Virus record (IMG/VR): IMGVR_UViG_3300033388_007730
Coordinates: 62,001-126,000 of that record
DNA: 64,000 nucleotides
Strand: one strand, 5' to 3'
This document shows, in pieces, positions 46,500-57,194 of the stretch (positions are counted from its first letter, which is position 1; the number at the start of each line of letters is the position of its first letter). A program made the translations under genes and the position numbers. Below the pieces are notes generated by a model. It was not told the origin of the DNA and did not search any database. It saw nothing but the letters and a program-made list of their open reading frames with translations.

Positions 46500-47036
46500 A
46501 TGTCATTAAAGTTGCATCTTGGTTGTGGTAATAAACATATTGAGGGTTATGTTAATATTGATATTAGACCAATGGAAGAAGTTGACAAGGTAGATAATAT
46601 AAAATATTTACGTTCTTTTAAAGAAAATAGTGTTGATGTTATTTATTCAGCGTCTGTCTTAGAACATTTTATAAGATGGGAATATAAAAACGCTTTAAGA
46701 AGGTGGTATGAAATATTGAAACCTGGAGGAGTATTAAGAGTTAGAGTTCCTGATTTTGAAGCTATTGTAAAATACTATCAAAAGACAAATGATATAGATG
46801 CAGTAATGGGACTATTGTATGGCGGTTAAGATTATGAGCAAAATTTTCATTATGTTTGTTGGGATTTTAAAAGAATGGAAAAAGATTTAAAAGAAGTCGG
46901 TTTTAAAGATATAAGAAGATACGATTGGAGAGAAACTGAGCATTCGGATATAGATGATTTTAGTCAATGCTACCTTCCTCATATGGATAAAGAAAATGGT
47001 ATGTTAATGCATCTTAATATTGAGGCAATTAAATAA
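46500..47036 (+). pseudogene. class I SAM methyltransferase with in-frame TAA at 46827
   Basis: LHLGCG, VLEHF, LKPGG.LRVRVPDF; frame continues LYGG*DYEQNFHY...YLPHMDKENG..LNIEAIK to a TAATG overlap. Confidence 0.75.
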
Positions 47037-48034
47037 TGAATATTCCTCCTGATAAGTTTAAAAATTTAATGGCTATTACAAAGAAAAATAAGTTGATAAG
47101 AATACCAAATAAAGTAATGAGAAAACAGAAATGGATAAAAGAACAGGATATTAGCTTAACTCCTAATTCTATTTGTATCGTTTGTAATTTTTCTTATTAT
47201 TATAAAGATAGAGGTTGGTCTAATAACGTAAAAGCAATTTGTCATCCTTTTAGAGAATATCAACAGTCAGTAAGAAATAGGAAGTTACATTTGTTTTCTG
47301 AATCAGATTATTGCGATACGATGTGGATGGAAGATATCTCGTTATTATCTGCTAAATCTAAGTACAAGTATGATTTCTTTTGTTATACTATAGATTCATC
47401 TCAAGGTGTAAGGTGTAAGGGATCATATTCTTTGCCATTAATTGCAGAAGTTGCTAAAGAGCTTGGGATGACAGGTTTAATATTAGATTATTATCCAAAA
47501 CGAAGACCTGCTTGTGATTCTGGTGAGGGGTGGGACATACTAGTTCAGGAAGTTAGAAAAGGTTTGCAAAAAGCTAATAATATAAAAATTCATAGAGGTC
47601 GTGTTAGCCAGAGTAAAATTAATCAATTAATGCAAGATTGTAAATTCGTCATTTTTCCTAATACTAGAGACGCTAGTCCGAGAACTATACCTGAAACTTT
47701 GTTAAGAGGAAAATCTATCATGGTTAATCAGAATATTCTTGGAGGGTGGAAATACGTTAATGATGTTAATGGTATTTTATATGATGGAGCGTTTAATGCG
47801 GAAGAGTTGAATAATAACAAATCATATTATCGAGAAAAGATTAAAGAAGCGTTAATAAAAATGAGTCAAAGAAAAGATAATTTCAAGAGTATAAAAAAAG
47901 ATTTTTTAAGTAAATATGGTTTTATTAATACCGCAAAAAGAATGGCATCTATTATTAATGAGATAGAAGGTCATAAGAAATATAAATATGTGGCATACAC
48001 TGATTTTAAGAGATATCTGGGAGTCATAAAATAG
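47036..48034 (+). CDS. GT-B fold glycosyltransferase-like protein
   Basis: FPNTRDASPRTIPETL...ILGGWKYV. Confidence 0.6.
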   Translation: MNIPPDKFKNLMAITKKNKLIRIPNKVMRKQKWIKEQDISLTPNSICIVCNFSYYYKDRGWSNNVKAICHPFREYQQSVRNRKLHLFSESDYCDTMWMEDISLLSAKSKYKYDFFCYTIDSSQGVRCKGSYSLPLIAEVAKELGMTGLILDYYPKRRPACDSGEGWDILVQEVRKGLQKANNIKIHRGRVSQSKINQLMQDCKFVIFPNTRDASPRTIPETLLRGKSIMVNQNILGGWKYVNDVNGILYDGAFNAEELNNNKSYYREKIKEALIKMSQRKDNFKSIKKDFLSKYGFINTAKRMASIINEIEGHKKYKYVAYTDFKRYLGVIK

Positions 48035-48043
48035 GAGATAATT

Positions 48044-48547
48044 ATGGGGAAAGGTTTTAATTGTTGTGATGAAATAATAGAATGGATTAAAAATAATATT
48101 CCTAAAGGAAGTACAATTTTAGAACTTGGTAGCGGGAAGGGGAGCACTCAGTATCTATGTGATGACTATGATCTCTATTCTATTGAGCATGAGAAAAGAT
48201 GGTTAAATAAATTTGATTCTACTTACATCTATGCTCCTATCAAAGATGGATTCTACAATACTGATATTCTGAAAAAAGAACTTCCAGAAGAATATGCCCT
48301 GATATTAGTTGATGGTCCTCCTAGAAAAATAGACGGGAAGAAGGTCGGCAGAAAAGGTTTCGGTGAGAACTTAGATTTGTTTAATACAAATTGTGTAATA
48401 ATGTTTGATGATAGTGACAGGGGGAGAGAGAAGAAATTGATAGCTTCTGTGTGCGAGCAGCTTGGAAGGGAAGTTGTCCAATATAAGGGTCACGACCATA
48501 GAGGTAAGGGAACTTATTTTGCAGTAATGGTTAAAGAAGAGGAGTAG
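48044..48547 (+). CDS. class I SAM methyltransferase
   Basis: ILELGSG, SIEH, LVDGPP, FDD. Confidence 0.75.
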   Translation: MGKGFNCCDEIIEWIKNNIPKGSTILELGSGKGSTQYLCDDYDLYSIEHEKRWLNKFDSTYIYAPIKDGFYNTDILKKELPEEYALILVDGPPRKIDGKKVGRKGFGENLDLFNTNCVIMFDDSDRGREKKLIASVCEQLGREVVQYKGHDHRGKGTYFAVMVKEEE

Positions 48548-48548
48548 A

Positions 48549-49355
48549 ATGGAATATAAATTAGAATTTAATGAGTTGTTTGATTTGTGTTCAAAAAAGA
48601 TAATGTCCAAAGTTCCAACAAAACCAGGTCCTGTAAAAGGAGCTTTCAATGGAGGAGATTATTTGGGTAGACCAGGGAAGGATGTTTTTTTCGCTCTTCC
48701 TGATTTAACTGATGAGCAGATGGAAAAATTAGCGGATGTACTTAGTGACCAATACCCATTTATATCTCCTAATAATCATGTTGGGTATGCTGGATGTATT
48801 CGTTATATATATGGGCAGTTTGAAAAACAAGGAATACTTAGATCAGATGAAGATTTGAAAAGAATGAAAAAAGAAGGTGTAGAATGGGATATTTCAAGAA
48901 AATTTATGCTAATTTTAAAAGATAAATTTCATGAGAAGAAAAATTATTATGGGTTATGTTTATATTATGAAATGGAAGCACATAGGTTAGGTGATGAGGG
49001 GTTCTTGAATAGAGATAAGGATAAGATAAAAGAGATGGAAAAGTATTATCAAGAATCAGTTAGATATGCCATAAAATGTAAAAGTATTAAGCAGATGTTC
49101 ACGCCATATTATTGGGCGTGTATGTATTTTGCAAAGCTTAAAGATCATGAAAAGGGAGAGTACTATGGTGAAAAAACAATGATACAAATGGATCAATTTT
49201 GTCCAAGTGCTAAACAAGGATATTTAGTTAAGGCTGTTGATACTGCTAAGTATTTGAAAAAATCACATCCTTCGAGCTGGAAACCATTGAGAAATTGGCT
49301 TGTTCAGAATAGTGAAAATGATTGTATCAGAAAAATGTTAAAGAAAGTGAAATAA
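48549..49355 (+). CDS. helical (TPR-like) hypothetical protein
   Basis: 268-aa ORF with helical-repeat character. Confidence 0.45.
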   Translation: MEYKLEFNELFDLCSKKIMSKVPTKPGPVKGAFNGGDYLGRPGKDVFFALPDLTDEQMEKLADVLSDQYPFISPNNHVGYAGCIRYIYGQFEKQGILRSDEDLKRMKKEGVEWDISRKFMLILKDKFHEKKNYYGLCLYYEMEAHRLGDEGFLNRDKDKIKEMEKYYQESVRYAIKCKSIKQMFTPYYWACMYFAKLKDHEKGEYYGEKTMIQMDQFCPSAKQGYLVKAVDTAKYLKKSHPSSWKPLRNWLVQNSENDCIRKMLKKVK

Positions 49356-49357
49356 TT

Positions 49358-49969
49358 ATGGAAAGATTCAATATAGATAAAAATATGAAAGATGAACTTA
49401 TAAAGAATACTCATTTCGGTAGAGTTAAAAATCAACCTTATCAAACTATTGGAGAGTTACATGGTTCCAGAGATATGAAGTATAGGTATGAATTTATGGG
49501 TTTGCCCAAGAGCATGGAAGGAAAAACTATTCTAGATATAGGTTGTAATATGGGGATGATTTGCATGGAGTCTAAAAATAGAGGAGCATCTAGAGTGGTT
49601 GGTATAGATTATAATGGGAAAATTATTAATACAGCAAAAAAGTTTTTTAAAGAAAATAATTGCGATGGTGAATTGTATCAATTTAATGTTAACGATGGGC
49701 TTCAAGCTCTTCAAAAGTTAATAGGAGATGATCAGTTCGATTATGTTTTTGCTCTTGCTATATGGGGCACTGTTAAAAAGTTTATTCTATGGAGTATGAT
49801 TAATTATTATTGTACAGACATATGTTGGATGGAAGGACATAATAAAGAAAAGGGCAAAGAAGAAAAGATAAAGAAAGAATTAACTGAAAATTTGATATTT
49901 TCTGATTTATCTTTTTTAGGCAATACTAAAGATAGGGGTATCAGACCCACATTTAGAATGGTAAAGTAA
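49358..49969 (+). CDS. class I SAM methyltransferase
   Basis: GKTILDIGCNMG, VVGID, FDYVF. Confidence 0.8.
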   Translation: MERFNIDKNMKDELIKNTHFGRVKNQPYQTIGELHGSRDMKYRYEFMGLPKSMEGKTILDIGCNMGMICMESKNRGASRVVGIDYNGKIINTAKKFFKENNCDGELYQFNVNDGLQALQKLIGDDQFDYVFALAIWGTVKKFILWSMINYYCTDICWMEGHNKEKGKEEKIKKELTENLIFSDLSFLGNTKDRGIRPTFRMVK

Positions 49970-50610
49970 TGAAAAATTATGATCTAAATCTTACTTCAAA
50001 TAAATATTATAGGGACAGGAAGCATGTAGTGAAAGATTTCGCTAATGTTCTGCCTATAGATTTTAACGGGGAAATTTATAATGGAGATAGGAACAATAAT
50101 AATTATGTAAAAGGAAGATTTTCGTTATTTTTAAAGCCTATTATCGGGGATAAGGGATATAAAATTTTCGTAGGATTTAGAGATAAAGATAGAAAAGATG
50201 ATTTCGTTAAAGCGTTTTCTGAAGACGATATTTTAGTTATTAAAAAAGTTTACGATATTTTGAGTAAGTATGACTTGTGTCCAAAAGTTTATAGTATTTT
50301 CTCAGTCAATGTTAACGTGTATGGATGTTCGTATACTTCTTATGGATTAGAAATGCAGAATATAATAAAAAATGGGAAAGGTTCTAAAAGTCAATTTAAA
50401 GATTTTAAGAGTAAATTGAAAAGAGCTTGTGAAGCAAATGGATTGAAGAGGCTTGATAGGAGAGATAGGAGGACTATACTTCAAGGAGGAGAGGTATCGG
50501 GGTCAATAGAGAATATCATGTATGAGTCATCTATTAAAGCAGATAATGTTGTTTTTGATGGGAAGAATTATATATTATTGGATATAGATCCAATGTGGGT
50601 GATGTTATGA
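49969..50610 (+). CDS. kinase-like fold protein (possible sugar kinase)
   Basis: GYKIF, LCPKVY, GLEM, IKADNV, LLDID; degenerate motifs. Confidence 0.4.
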   Translation: MKNYDLNLTSNKYYRDRKHVVKDFANVLPIDFNGEIYNGDRNNNNYVKGRFSLFLKPIIGDKGYKIFVGFRDKDRKDDFVKAFSEDDILVIKKVYDILSKYDLCPKVYSIFSVNVNVYGCSYTSYGLEMQNIIKNGKGSKSQFKDFKSKLKRACEANGLKRLDRRDRRTILQGGEVSGSIENIMYESSIKADNVVFDGKNYILLDIDPMWVML

Positions 50611-51512
50611 AAATATGTATCTCTGAAGACATAAATAGAGTTGATTCCGGTAAGCATAAATTTCTGAACAGATTATCTACAGAGTTAAAAAAGAGTGGTT
50701 GTGAGTTCGTAGATAATGATGCTGATATATTGCTTCATATAGGAAGAAATATAACTGGGAAAAGAGCGAAAAAGATTATAATGAGGGTTGATGGTTTAAT
50801 ACTTAATAAATCCCAGCCCTATGAGAAAAATAATAGGAAGATATTAAAATATATTAATAAAAGTGATGCTGTTATTTATCAAGGTGATTTTTGCAAGCAA
50901 GCATATGAAAAATTCCTAGGGGTTAATAAGAAGAATATATGCATCAATAACGGAGCAGATCCTTCAGAGTTCTTAAAAAGAGATGTGAAGAATTATTTTT
51001 TTACTTATTGTAGATGGAGACCTCATAAGAGGCATAGAAATATATGTGAAGGTTTTGCGAAGTCTGTAGAGAGGGGGCTAGATTCGGTTCTTTATATAGG
51101 AGGCGAGGTAGATCAGAAAGAAAGAATAGATCATCCTAAGATAAACTATTTGGGGTGGATGCCTCTTGATGAGATAAAAGCATGTCTGGGTCATGCTATA
51201 GCTACTATTCATTTATCATGGTTAGATTGGTGTCCTAATTCTATGGTCGAATCAATTACGGCAGGATGTCCTATTATATACTCTGATTCGGGAGGATCTA
51301 AAGAGATAGGCAAATTTGGAGGTATTTCTATTCGTGATACGCAGTGGGATTTTACTCCCACGTTTTTATATGATCCTCCATGGATTAACTCAAATACTAT
51401 AGCTGATGCTTTGATTAAGATAAAAGGTAAAAAAATCAATGTGAATAGAGAAGCATTAAACATTAAAAAAATTTCAGAAGAGTATCTTAATTTTTTCAGA
51501 AAGGTTTTATAG
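50607..51512 (+). CDS. GT4 glycosyltransferase, paralog of 43733
   Basis: MRVDG, INNGAD, DWCPNSMVESITAG. Confidence 0.8.
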   Translation: MKICISEDINRVDSGKHKFLNRLSTELKKSGCEFVDNDADILLHIGRNITGKRAKKIIMRVDGLILNKSQPYEKNNRKILKYINKSDAVIYQGDFCKQAYEKFLGVNKKNICINNGADPSEFLKRDVKNYFFTYCRWRPHKRHRNICEGFAKSVERGLDSVLYIGGEVDQKERIDHPKINYLGWMPLDEIKACLGHAIATIHLSWLDWCPNSMVESITAGCPIIYSDSGGSKEIGKFGGISIRDTQWDFTPTFLYDPPWINSNTIADALIKIKGKKINVNREALNIKKISEEYLNFFRKVL

Positions 51513-51991
51513 TGTCAAAAATTATTACAATATCAACAAGTGATTTGTTTTTTCCGTATCTAGAGTACTTGGAACATTTTTATCAAAATTATTGGAGAAA
51601 AGATGGTAATTATTTATGGTTCGGAAATCATCCTCTTGCCCAATTTGCAGAGGACTATATTAAATATGGCAAAAAAGTTTTAGACGATTTAGATAATCAT
51701 ATATTTATTAAATATGAGTACGATAGATACTCCGAGTCTCCTACTGTTATTAATGATACTCACAAATATAAAGCTTCTCAAAGAATAATGACTATGGTTG
51801 ATTCTATTAGAAAATATGGCTACTGTCAGAATAAGTATGATAAATCAAAATATTTGATAAGGGTATTTAGAGCTACTGACTATAGATATATTCCAGGAAA
51901 AGAAGTTTATGTTTTAAAGAGTAGAAAACATAGGGCATCAGCTTGTTGTAGCTTGGGGATAAAAGAAATTAAAGTGAAGGTTATAAATTAA
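51512..51991 (+). CDS. ParB/Srx-like protein
   Basis: VDSIRKYGY...SRKHRASAC.SLGIKEIKV. Confidence 0.45.
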   Translation: MSKIITISTSDLFFPYLEYLEHFYQNYWRKDGNYLWFGNHPLAQFAEDYIKYGKKVLDDLDNHIFIKYEYDRYSESPTVINDTHKYKASQRIMTMVDSIRKYGYCQNKYDKSKYLIRVFRATDYRYIPGKEVYVLKSRKHRASACCSLGIKEIKVKVIN

Positions 51992-52635
51992 TGAAAAAGA
52001 GAACATTAATAACTGTTCTGACTTGGAATAGATTAAATCTTACTAGAGATACTATTAAGTCATTGTATAAACATAACACTGATGATTTTGATTTATTATT
52101 TATAGACAATGGATCAACAGATGGGACTATTGAGTATCTGGAGAAAAGATACGAAGTGATAAAAAACAAAACAAATGAGGGTATTTTCAATGCTTCTGTA
52201 AAGGTGTGGAAAGAAGGAGTTAAGAGAGGATATGATTTTATTCTCAATCTACAGAATGATTTTCCATGTGTTCGTAAAATACCTTTTAAAGAGTTGGAAG
52301 CATATATGGATAAGAATAAGAATGTTTGTTACATAAGATTGAATAAAAAGAAGGACAAAAAAATTAACTTAGTAACTAAAAAACCGATTAGATATGGAGT
52401 TCCAGAACTATTAGGAAATTATAATATAAAGAAGTGTAATTATCACATTGGTTTTAATCCCGCATTAATTAGATCATCTATTATTGATGAATTTTCTAAT
52501 TATGATGGAGATAATCCTAGAGAGAGAATTCTTATGAATAATTTTGAAAGAATTGGTAAACAATGTGCTAAGTTATTTCCTGATGTTTTTGATACTCTTA
52601 AACAGGGAAGCCATAAAGGAGATTGGAAACATTAA
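51991..52635 (+). CDS. GT2 glycosyltransferase
   Basis: LTWNR, IDNGSTDGT, LQND. Confidence 0.8.
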   Translation: MKKRTLITVLTWNRLNLTRDTIKSLYKHNTDDFDLLFIDNGSTDGTIEYLEKRYEVIKNKTNEGIFNASVKVWKEGVKRGYDFILNLQNDFPCVRKIPFKELEAYMDKNKNVCYIRLNKKKDKKINLVTKKPIRYGVPELLGNYNIKKCNYHIGFNPALIRSSIIDEFSNYDGDNPRERILMNNFERIGKQCAKLFPDVFDTLKQGSHKGDWKH

Positions 52636-52682
52636 TGAATTTAAAAAAAAGTATATATGGATTTTTGCATGAGGAATTATAA

Positions 52683-53423
52683 ATGAGTCTTATATCAGAA
52701 CAAGAGATGAAAGATCTAAAAAAATCTAATACAGTTGTTATATGGGGCTGTGGCTCTTCTCTTAACGATTTTCCAGATTGGAGTTTTGATAATTTGAAAA
52801 AATTTGACAGTATTTCTTTCAATTGGTTCTGTTTCTCTTGTCACTCAATTACTTATTATTTAGTTAGGGAACAGGCTAATTTAGAAAAAAGAACTAACGG
52901 AGAGGAAAACATAGATAACTTTTATGATATAATGAATTATTCTTATATAAATAGTTGTTTAGTCGTGCATGACCTGTCATTACATTCTCCACATGCATAT
53001 GATTATTCTTCAGAAAAAAATATAGCAAAATTTAATAGCAAGTATGTAGTGGTAAAAGATACTAAGTTGAAAGATAATGATCCAGGTGTTAAATTGTGGA
53101 GAGATAAAAGTATTTTTAAAAGTGGGATATATCATGGAAAAACAACTTTGACAAATGCTTTGCATCTTGCTGTGTGGCTGGGATATAAGAAAATAATTTT
53201 TGCGGGAGTTGATTTATATGATTCAAGATACTTTTGGTTGAATAACAATGATACGAGATATTCTGTTTCTGATAAGAAGAAAGACAGAACTGCTAAACAT
53301 GCCACAGTTAGTGCTGTAATGAAATTAGTAAAAGATGTAAAGAAGTATTATCCAAAAATAAAGATGTATACCTATAATCCTAAGTCATTATTAAAAAATG
53401 TTATTCCGGTGTGGAAGAAATGA
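52683..53423 (+). CDS. Maf/sialyltransferase-fold protein
   Basis: VVIWGCGSSL, ISFN, ALHLAVWLGYKKIIFAGVD. Confidence 0.65.
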   Translation: MSLISEQEMKDLKKSNTVVIWGCGSSLNDFPDWSFDNLKKFDSISFNWFCFSCHSITYYLVREQANLEKRTNGEENIDNFYDIMNYSYINSCLVVHDLSLHSPHAYDYSSEKNIAKFNSKYVVVKDTKLKDNDPGVKLWRDKSIFKSGIYHGKTTLTNALHLAVWLGYKKIIFAGVDLYDSRYFWLNNNDTRYSVSDKKKDRTAKHATVSAVMKLVKDVKKYYPKIKMYTYNPKSLLKNVIPVWKK

Positions 53424-54292
53424 AAAGCATATTATGTGTAACTGACAAGAAGGGTTGGTGTTTGTATAATATTATGAACATCTTAAAGGGATATATGCCT
53501 CAATATAACATAGATGTAATATCTTTGAAAGATAAATTCAAACCTGATAAATATGATTTGGTCTATTATACTCACTTTGCTCTGTATAAAAAAAGATCAT
53601 ATAGCGGTAAAAAAATAGCAACTGTAACAAGTCATAAATGTCTCAATGATATGAAAAAAACTCTCAAGATACTGAGAGAGTTTGATGCTGTATCTGTCAA
53701 TAGTATGATATTGCATGATATATTCAAAGATCATATCAAAAATCTATCTTACACTCCAAGCGGAGTTGATACAAAAAATTTTAGATTTAAGGATAAAACT
53801 AGAAATGATAAAATAGTTTTAGGTTGGGTTGGTAACAGAGATAGAAGTGTTAAAAATTATGACACTATATTCAAACCTCTGAAGAAGGTTATTCGACATG
53901 TAGAGTTTAAGGAAATAGCTACAAGAAAAGGAGATACTCATAAAAAGTTTCTTAACGCTAAGGGAATGGCTGAGTTCTACCATCAGTTAGACTTTTTTAT
54001 CATAACAAGTGATGCTGAGGGGACACCAAATCCTGGCTTGGAAGCTATGTCTTGTGGTGTTCCAATCATATCTACTAGAGTGGGCAATATGGTGGAGATA
54101 GTGGAGGATAAAGTTGACGGATTCTTTTGTGACAATGATATAAGGTCATTCGCTAAGAGGATAGAGAGAGAAAAAAGTATCTCTCATAATGATTATTACC
54201 TAATGAGCAGTAATATCAGAATTAAGATGGTTGAGTGGGATTGGTCGATAATATATAAGAAGTATGAAGATTTTTTTGGAAGTGTAATTTAG
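53420..54292 (+). CDS. GT4 glycosyltransferase
   Basis: SGVDT, GWVGN, EGTPNPGLEAMSCGVPIISTRVG. Confidence 0.85.
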   Translation: MKSILCVTDKKGWCLYNIMNILKGYMPQYNIDVISLKDKFKPDKYDLVYYTHFALYKKRSYSGKKIATVTSHKCLNDMKKTLKILREFDAVSVNSMILHDIFKDHIKNLSYTPSGVDTKNFRFKDKTRNDKIVLGWVGNRDRSVKNYDTIFKPLKKVIRHVEFKEIATRKGDTHKKFLNAKGMAEFYHQLDFFIITSDAEGTPNPGLEAMSCGVPIISTRVGNMVEIVEDKVDGFFCDNDIRSFAKRIEREKSISHNDYYLMSSNIRIKMVEWDWSIIYKKYEDFFGSVI

Positions 54293-54789
54293 TGAGAATT
54301 AAGATACCAGCGATAGGGATCCCACATTATTGGTGGAATAAGAGGGCGTGTAAATATGCTAAGAAATATCCTAATTTAGTTAAGATGGCTGTGTCAGATT
54401 TAGTATTTGGATGTAATCCTCATATTAACTTTTTAAAATATATAGACGATCTTTCAAAAAATGTTAAGGAATCAGAATATTGGGAATACCAGAAGAGGAA
54501 TAAAAAAGAAGAAGTAATTTGGAATAAAATAAAAAAATATAAACAAACTTATAGAAGCATTAAAGATAATGGATTCAATGCTTTAGGTGATAAATATAAT
54601 TCTTCTATTATTGTGACAGATGATGGGTGTAGATTAGATGGGTCTCATAGAGTAGCTATATTGTTTCATCTGGGTATTTTAGAAGTTGATGTTAATGTGG
54701 TAGTTTATGAAAAAGTTTTTTCAAAAAAAGAATCTGAAAAGATTAGAAAAGAAAATTTAGAATATCGAAAAGAGACATATGGATTGTGA
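54292..54789 (+). CDS. ParB/Srx-like protein
   Basis: YRSIKDNGF...IIV...LDGSHRVAIL..LG. Confidence 0.6.
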   Translation: MRIKIPAIGIPHYWWNKRACKYAKKYPNLVKMAVSDLVFGCNPHINFLKYIDDLSKNVKESEYWEYQKRNKKEEVIWNKIKKYKQTYRSIKDNGFNALGDKYNSSIIVTDDGCRLDGSHRVAILFHLGILEVDVNVVVYEKVFSKKESEKIRKENLEYRKETYGL

Positions 54790-55528
54790 AATAGAAAAGA
54801 AAATATTGATATCTGTTTTAATGACATCGAGAAATAGGTTTAATATGTTGTATAAAAATTGCAAGCAGATGTTTTCTTTAGCTGCTAATTCAGAAAATAT
54901 AGAATTAATTTTATATATTGATAGAGATGACTATGAGACTATTTCTATTTATGAAAAAATGAGAAATGAGAATAGTAATGTTAGGGCTATAATAGGAAAA
55001 AAATTATCGCATTATGGTCATGCTTATAACATATTATGTAAAGAAGCAGGTGGAGATATATATTTTTTTATAGCAGATGATTGTTTGATTAGCAATGAAA
55101 ATTGGGACGAAATTGTTTTGAATGAATTTAATAAAGTAAATGATAAAATATTATTAGTTTACGGGGATGATGGTAATCAAGGTAAAAAAACTGCGACAAT
55201 TGGTTTTGTTCACAAAAACTGGGTAGAAACGATAGGATATTTATTTCCTTTAGATATGATGGTTAAGGTTGGGGATAGCTGGTTAACAAAAGTTGCTCGA
55301 ATTATAGGAAGAGATGTTTTTATAGATGACTTAAAAATTAAACATCTTATAGAAGAAACAAAAAGAAATCCTGTTAAAGATGAGGAGTGGAATAAGAATA
55401 GAGATATTCGTAAAAAAATTAAAAAGTTATTTAGAGAAAGTAAAAAAGTAAAAAATTTGATAAATATGGATGCTATTAAATTGGAACAATTTATAGAAAA
55501 AAATAAAAAAGGAAGCAAAAATGAGTAA
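54779..55528 (+). CDS. GT2-like glycosyltransferase
   Basis: ISVLMTSRNR, YIDRDD, IADD, VYGDD. Confidence 0.7.
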   Translation: MDCEIEKKILISVLMTSRNRFNMLYKNCKQMFSLAANSENIELILYIDRDDYETISIYEKMRNENSNVRAIIGKKLSHYGHAYNILCKEAGGDIYFFIADDCLISNENWDEIVLNEFNKVNDKILLVYGDDGNQGKKTATIGFVHKNWVETIGYLFPLDMMVKVGDSWLTKVARIIGRDVFIDDLKIKHLIEETKRNPVKDEEWNKNRDIRKKIKKLFRESKKVKNLINMDAIKLEQFIEKNKKGSKNE

Positions 55529-56282
55529 ACCATTATTTAGTTTAATAGCTCCTGCTATTAGACCTAAATTTTATGAGAGAGTATATAATTCCATTTCTTT
55601 TGATAACAATATTCCATTTGAAATTATTTTTGTTGGACATAAAAAGCCAGATAAAAAAATGCCAGATAATTTTCATTATATATTCACAAAAGTTAAACCA
55701 TCTCAAAGTCTAGAAATAGCTGCTAGGAATGCTAGTGGGGATTATTTAATACCTGTATCAGATGATCTGCTTTTTTCTGATGGGTTTTTAAAAAACACTC
55801 TTAAATATATAGAAGAGAAAGGAAAGGATGTATTTATTACTTATCGTTTGGCAATTGATGGAGAAATGAAGGATGACTGGATATATCTTTTGTCAGTTAA
55901 AAAACATAAAAAATCACCGATAAGATATACCCGATTAGGAGCATCGGGGGCTTTTGATAGAAAAATATGGCATGAACTTGGTGGAGTAGATAAAAGATTT
56001 TATTATGCTTTCACTGATAGTGATATACAGTTTAGATATAGGGAGACGAGAGACTTTTTCATAACTCCAGATTGTTGGATTAATGAAAGCAGAGATGCCC
56101 ATAAAGGGAGCGCGAGGGCTAGTAAGATTATTAATATTCAGCATGAAAGAAGTTTATTTAATAAATTATGGGTTAAAGATGATAAGTTTGTGGGGAAAAG
56201 ATTGGAAAAAGTTATTCCTTTTGATGATAAAGATATTTTGATAAAGAATCAAGGAAGGAATTCTAAAGGTGGGTGGGACTGA
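55521..56282 (+). CDS. GT2-like glycosyltransferase
   Basis: FEIIFVG, ASGDY..VSDD, LGGVDKRF. Confidence 0.7.
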   Translation: MSKPLFSLIAPAIRPKFYERVYNSISFDNNIPFEIIFVGHKKPDKKMPDNFHYIFTKVKPSQSLEIAARNASGDYLIPVSDDLLFSDGFLKNTLKYIEEKGKDVFITYRLAIDGEMKDDWIYLLSVKKHKKSPIRYTRLGASGAFDRKIWHELGGVDKRFYYAFTDSDIQFRYRETRDFFITPDCWINESRDAHKGSARASKIINIQHERSLFNKLWVKDDKFVGKRLEKVIPFDDKDILIKNQGRNSKGGWD

Positions 56283-56283
56283 A

Positions 56284-57192
56284 ATGAAGATTCTTCTTTT
56301 AATCGATAAGCCTAACTGGGCATATCATCATATAGCAAAAGGTTTGATAAAGTATAATAATAGCGGTATAGAATTTGTTTGTCAGCCAATAAAAAAACAA
56401 GATAAGTATATAAAAAAAATATATAAAAAATATGATTTATTTTATGTATTTGGGTACAAGACGTATGGGAAGATTAATTTTTTACCAAAAAATAAAACAA
56501 TGGTTGGAGTTCATTCTTGTAAAGAGTGGGATGATGATAAAACAACACCAACAAATGTGGCCACACCTCAAAAGGATACAATTAAATATCTTAATTCTTT
56601 TTTGAGAGTCGGTGTAGTTTCTCAATATATTTATGATGTGTTAAAAAAATCGGGAGTAAATAATTTATATTATACTCCTAATGGTGTTGATTCTAATTTA
56701 TTTGTTCCACAAAATAAAATTCATAAAGAGTTTACTATAGGATATGCAGGAGTAAAGTCTCATGACTGGTTGAAGGGTATAACGGAGTTTATTATTCCAG
56801 CTTCTAAAAGATCTAAGGTTCAAACTCATTTAGCGCTAAGATTAACGAAATCTCAATTAATGTATGATCAGATGCCTAATTTCTATAATATGTTAGATGC
56901 CTATGTGTGTGCATCTACATCAGAGGGATTTTCATTAAGTGTCCTTGAGGCTGCTTCATGTGGTATTCCCATTATATCCACAAGAGTATCTGGATGTAAG
57001 GAGTTGATAAGACATGGTGAAAATGGTTTTTTTGTCGATAGAAGTGTAGAAGATATTTCTAGAAAAATAGATATCATGAAAGACCTGGAATTTAGAAAAT
57101 TTATGAGTGAGAATATGAGAAAAGATATTGTAGAAAATCATTGTTGGAGTGTTAAAATTGATAAATGGATAGATTTTTTTAAAGGTAAATAA
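56284..57192 (+). CDS. GT4 glycosyltransferase, paralog of 53420
   Basis: PNGVD, EGFSLSVLEAASCGIPIISTRV. Confidence 0.85.
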   Translation: MKILLLIDKPNWAYHHIAKGLIKYNNSGIEFVCQPIKKQDKYIKKIYKKYDLFYVFGYKTYGKINFLPKNKTMVGVHSCKEWDDDKTTPTNVATPQKDTIKYLNSFLRVGVVSQYIYDVLKKSGVNNLYYTPNGVDSNLFVPQNKIHKEFTIGYAGVKSHDWLKGITEFIIPASKRSKVQTHLALRLTKSQLMYDQMPNFYNMLDAYVCASTSEGFSLSVLEAASCGIPIISTRVSGCKELIRHGENGFFVDRSVEDISRKIDIMKDLEFRKFMSENMRKDIVENHCWSVKIDKWIDFFKGK

Positions 57193-57194
57193 TT

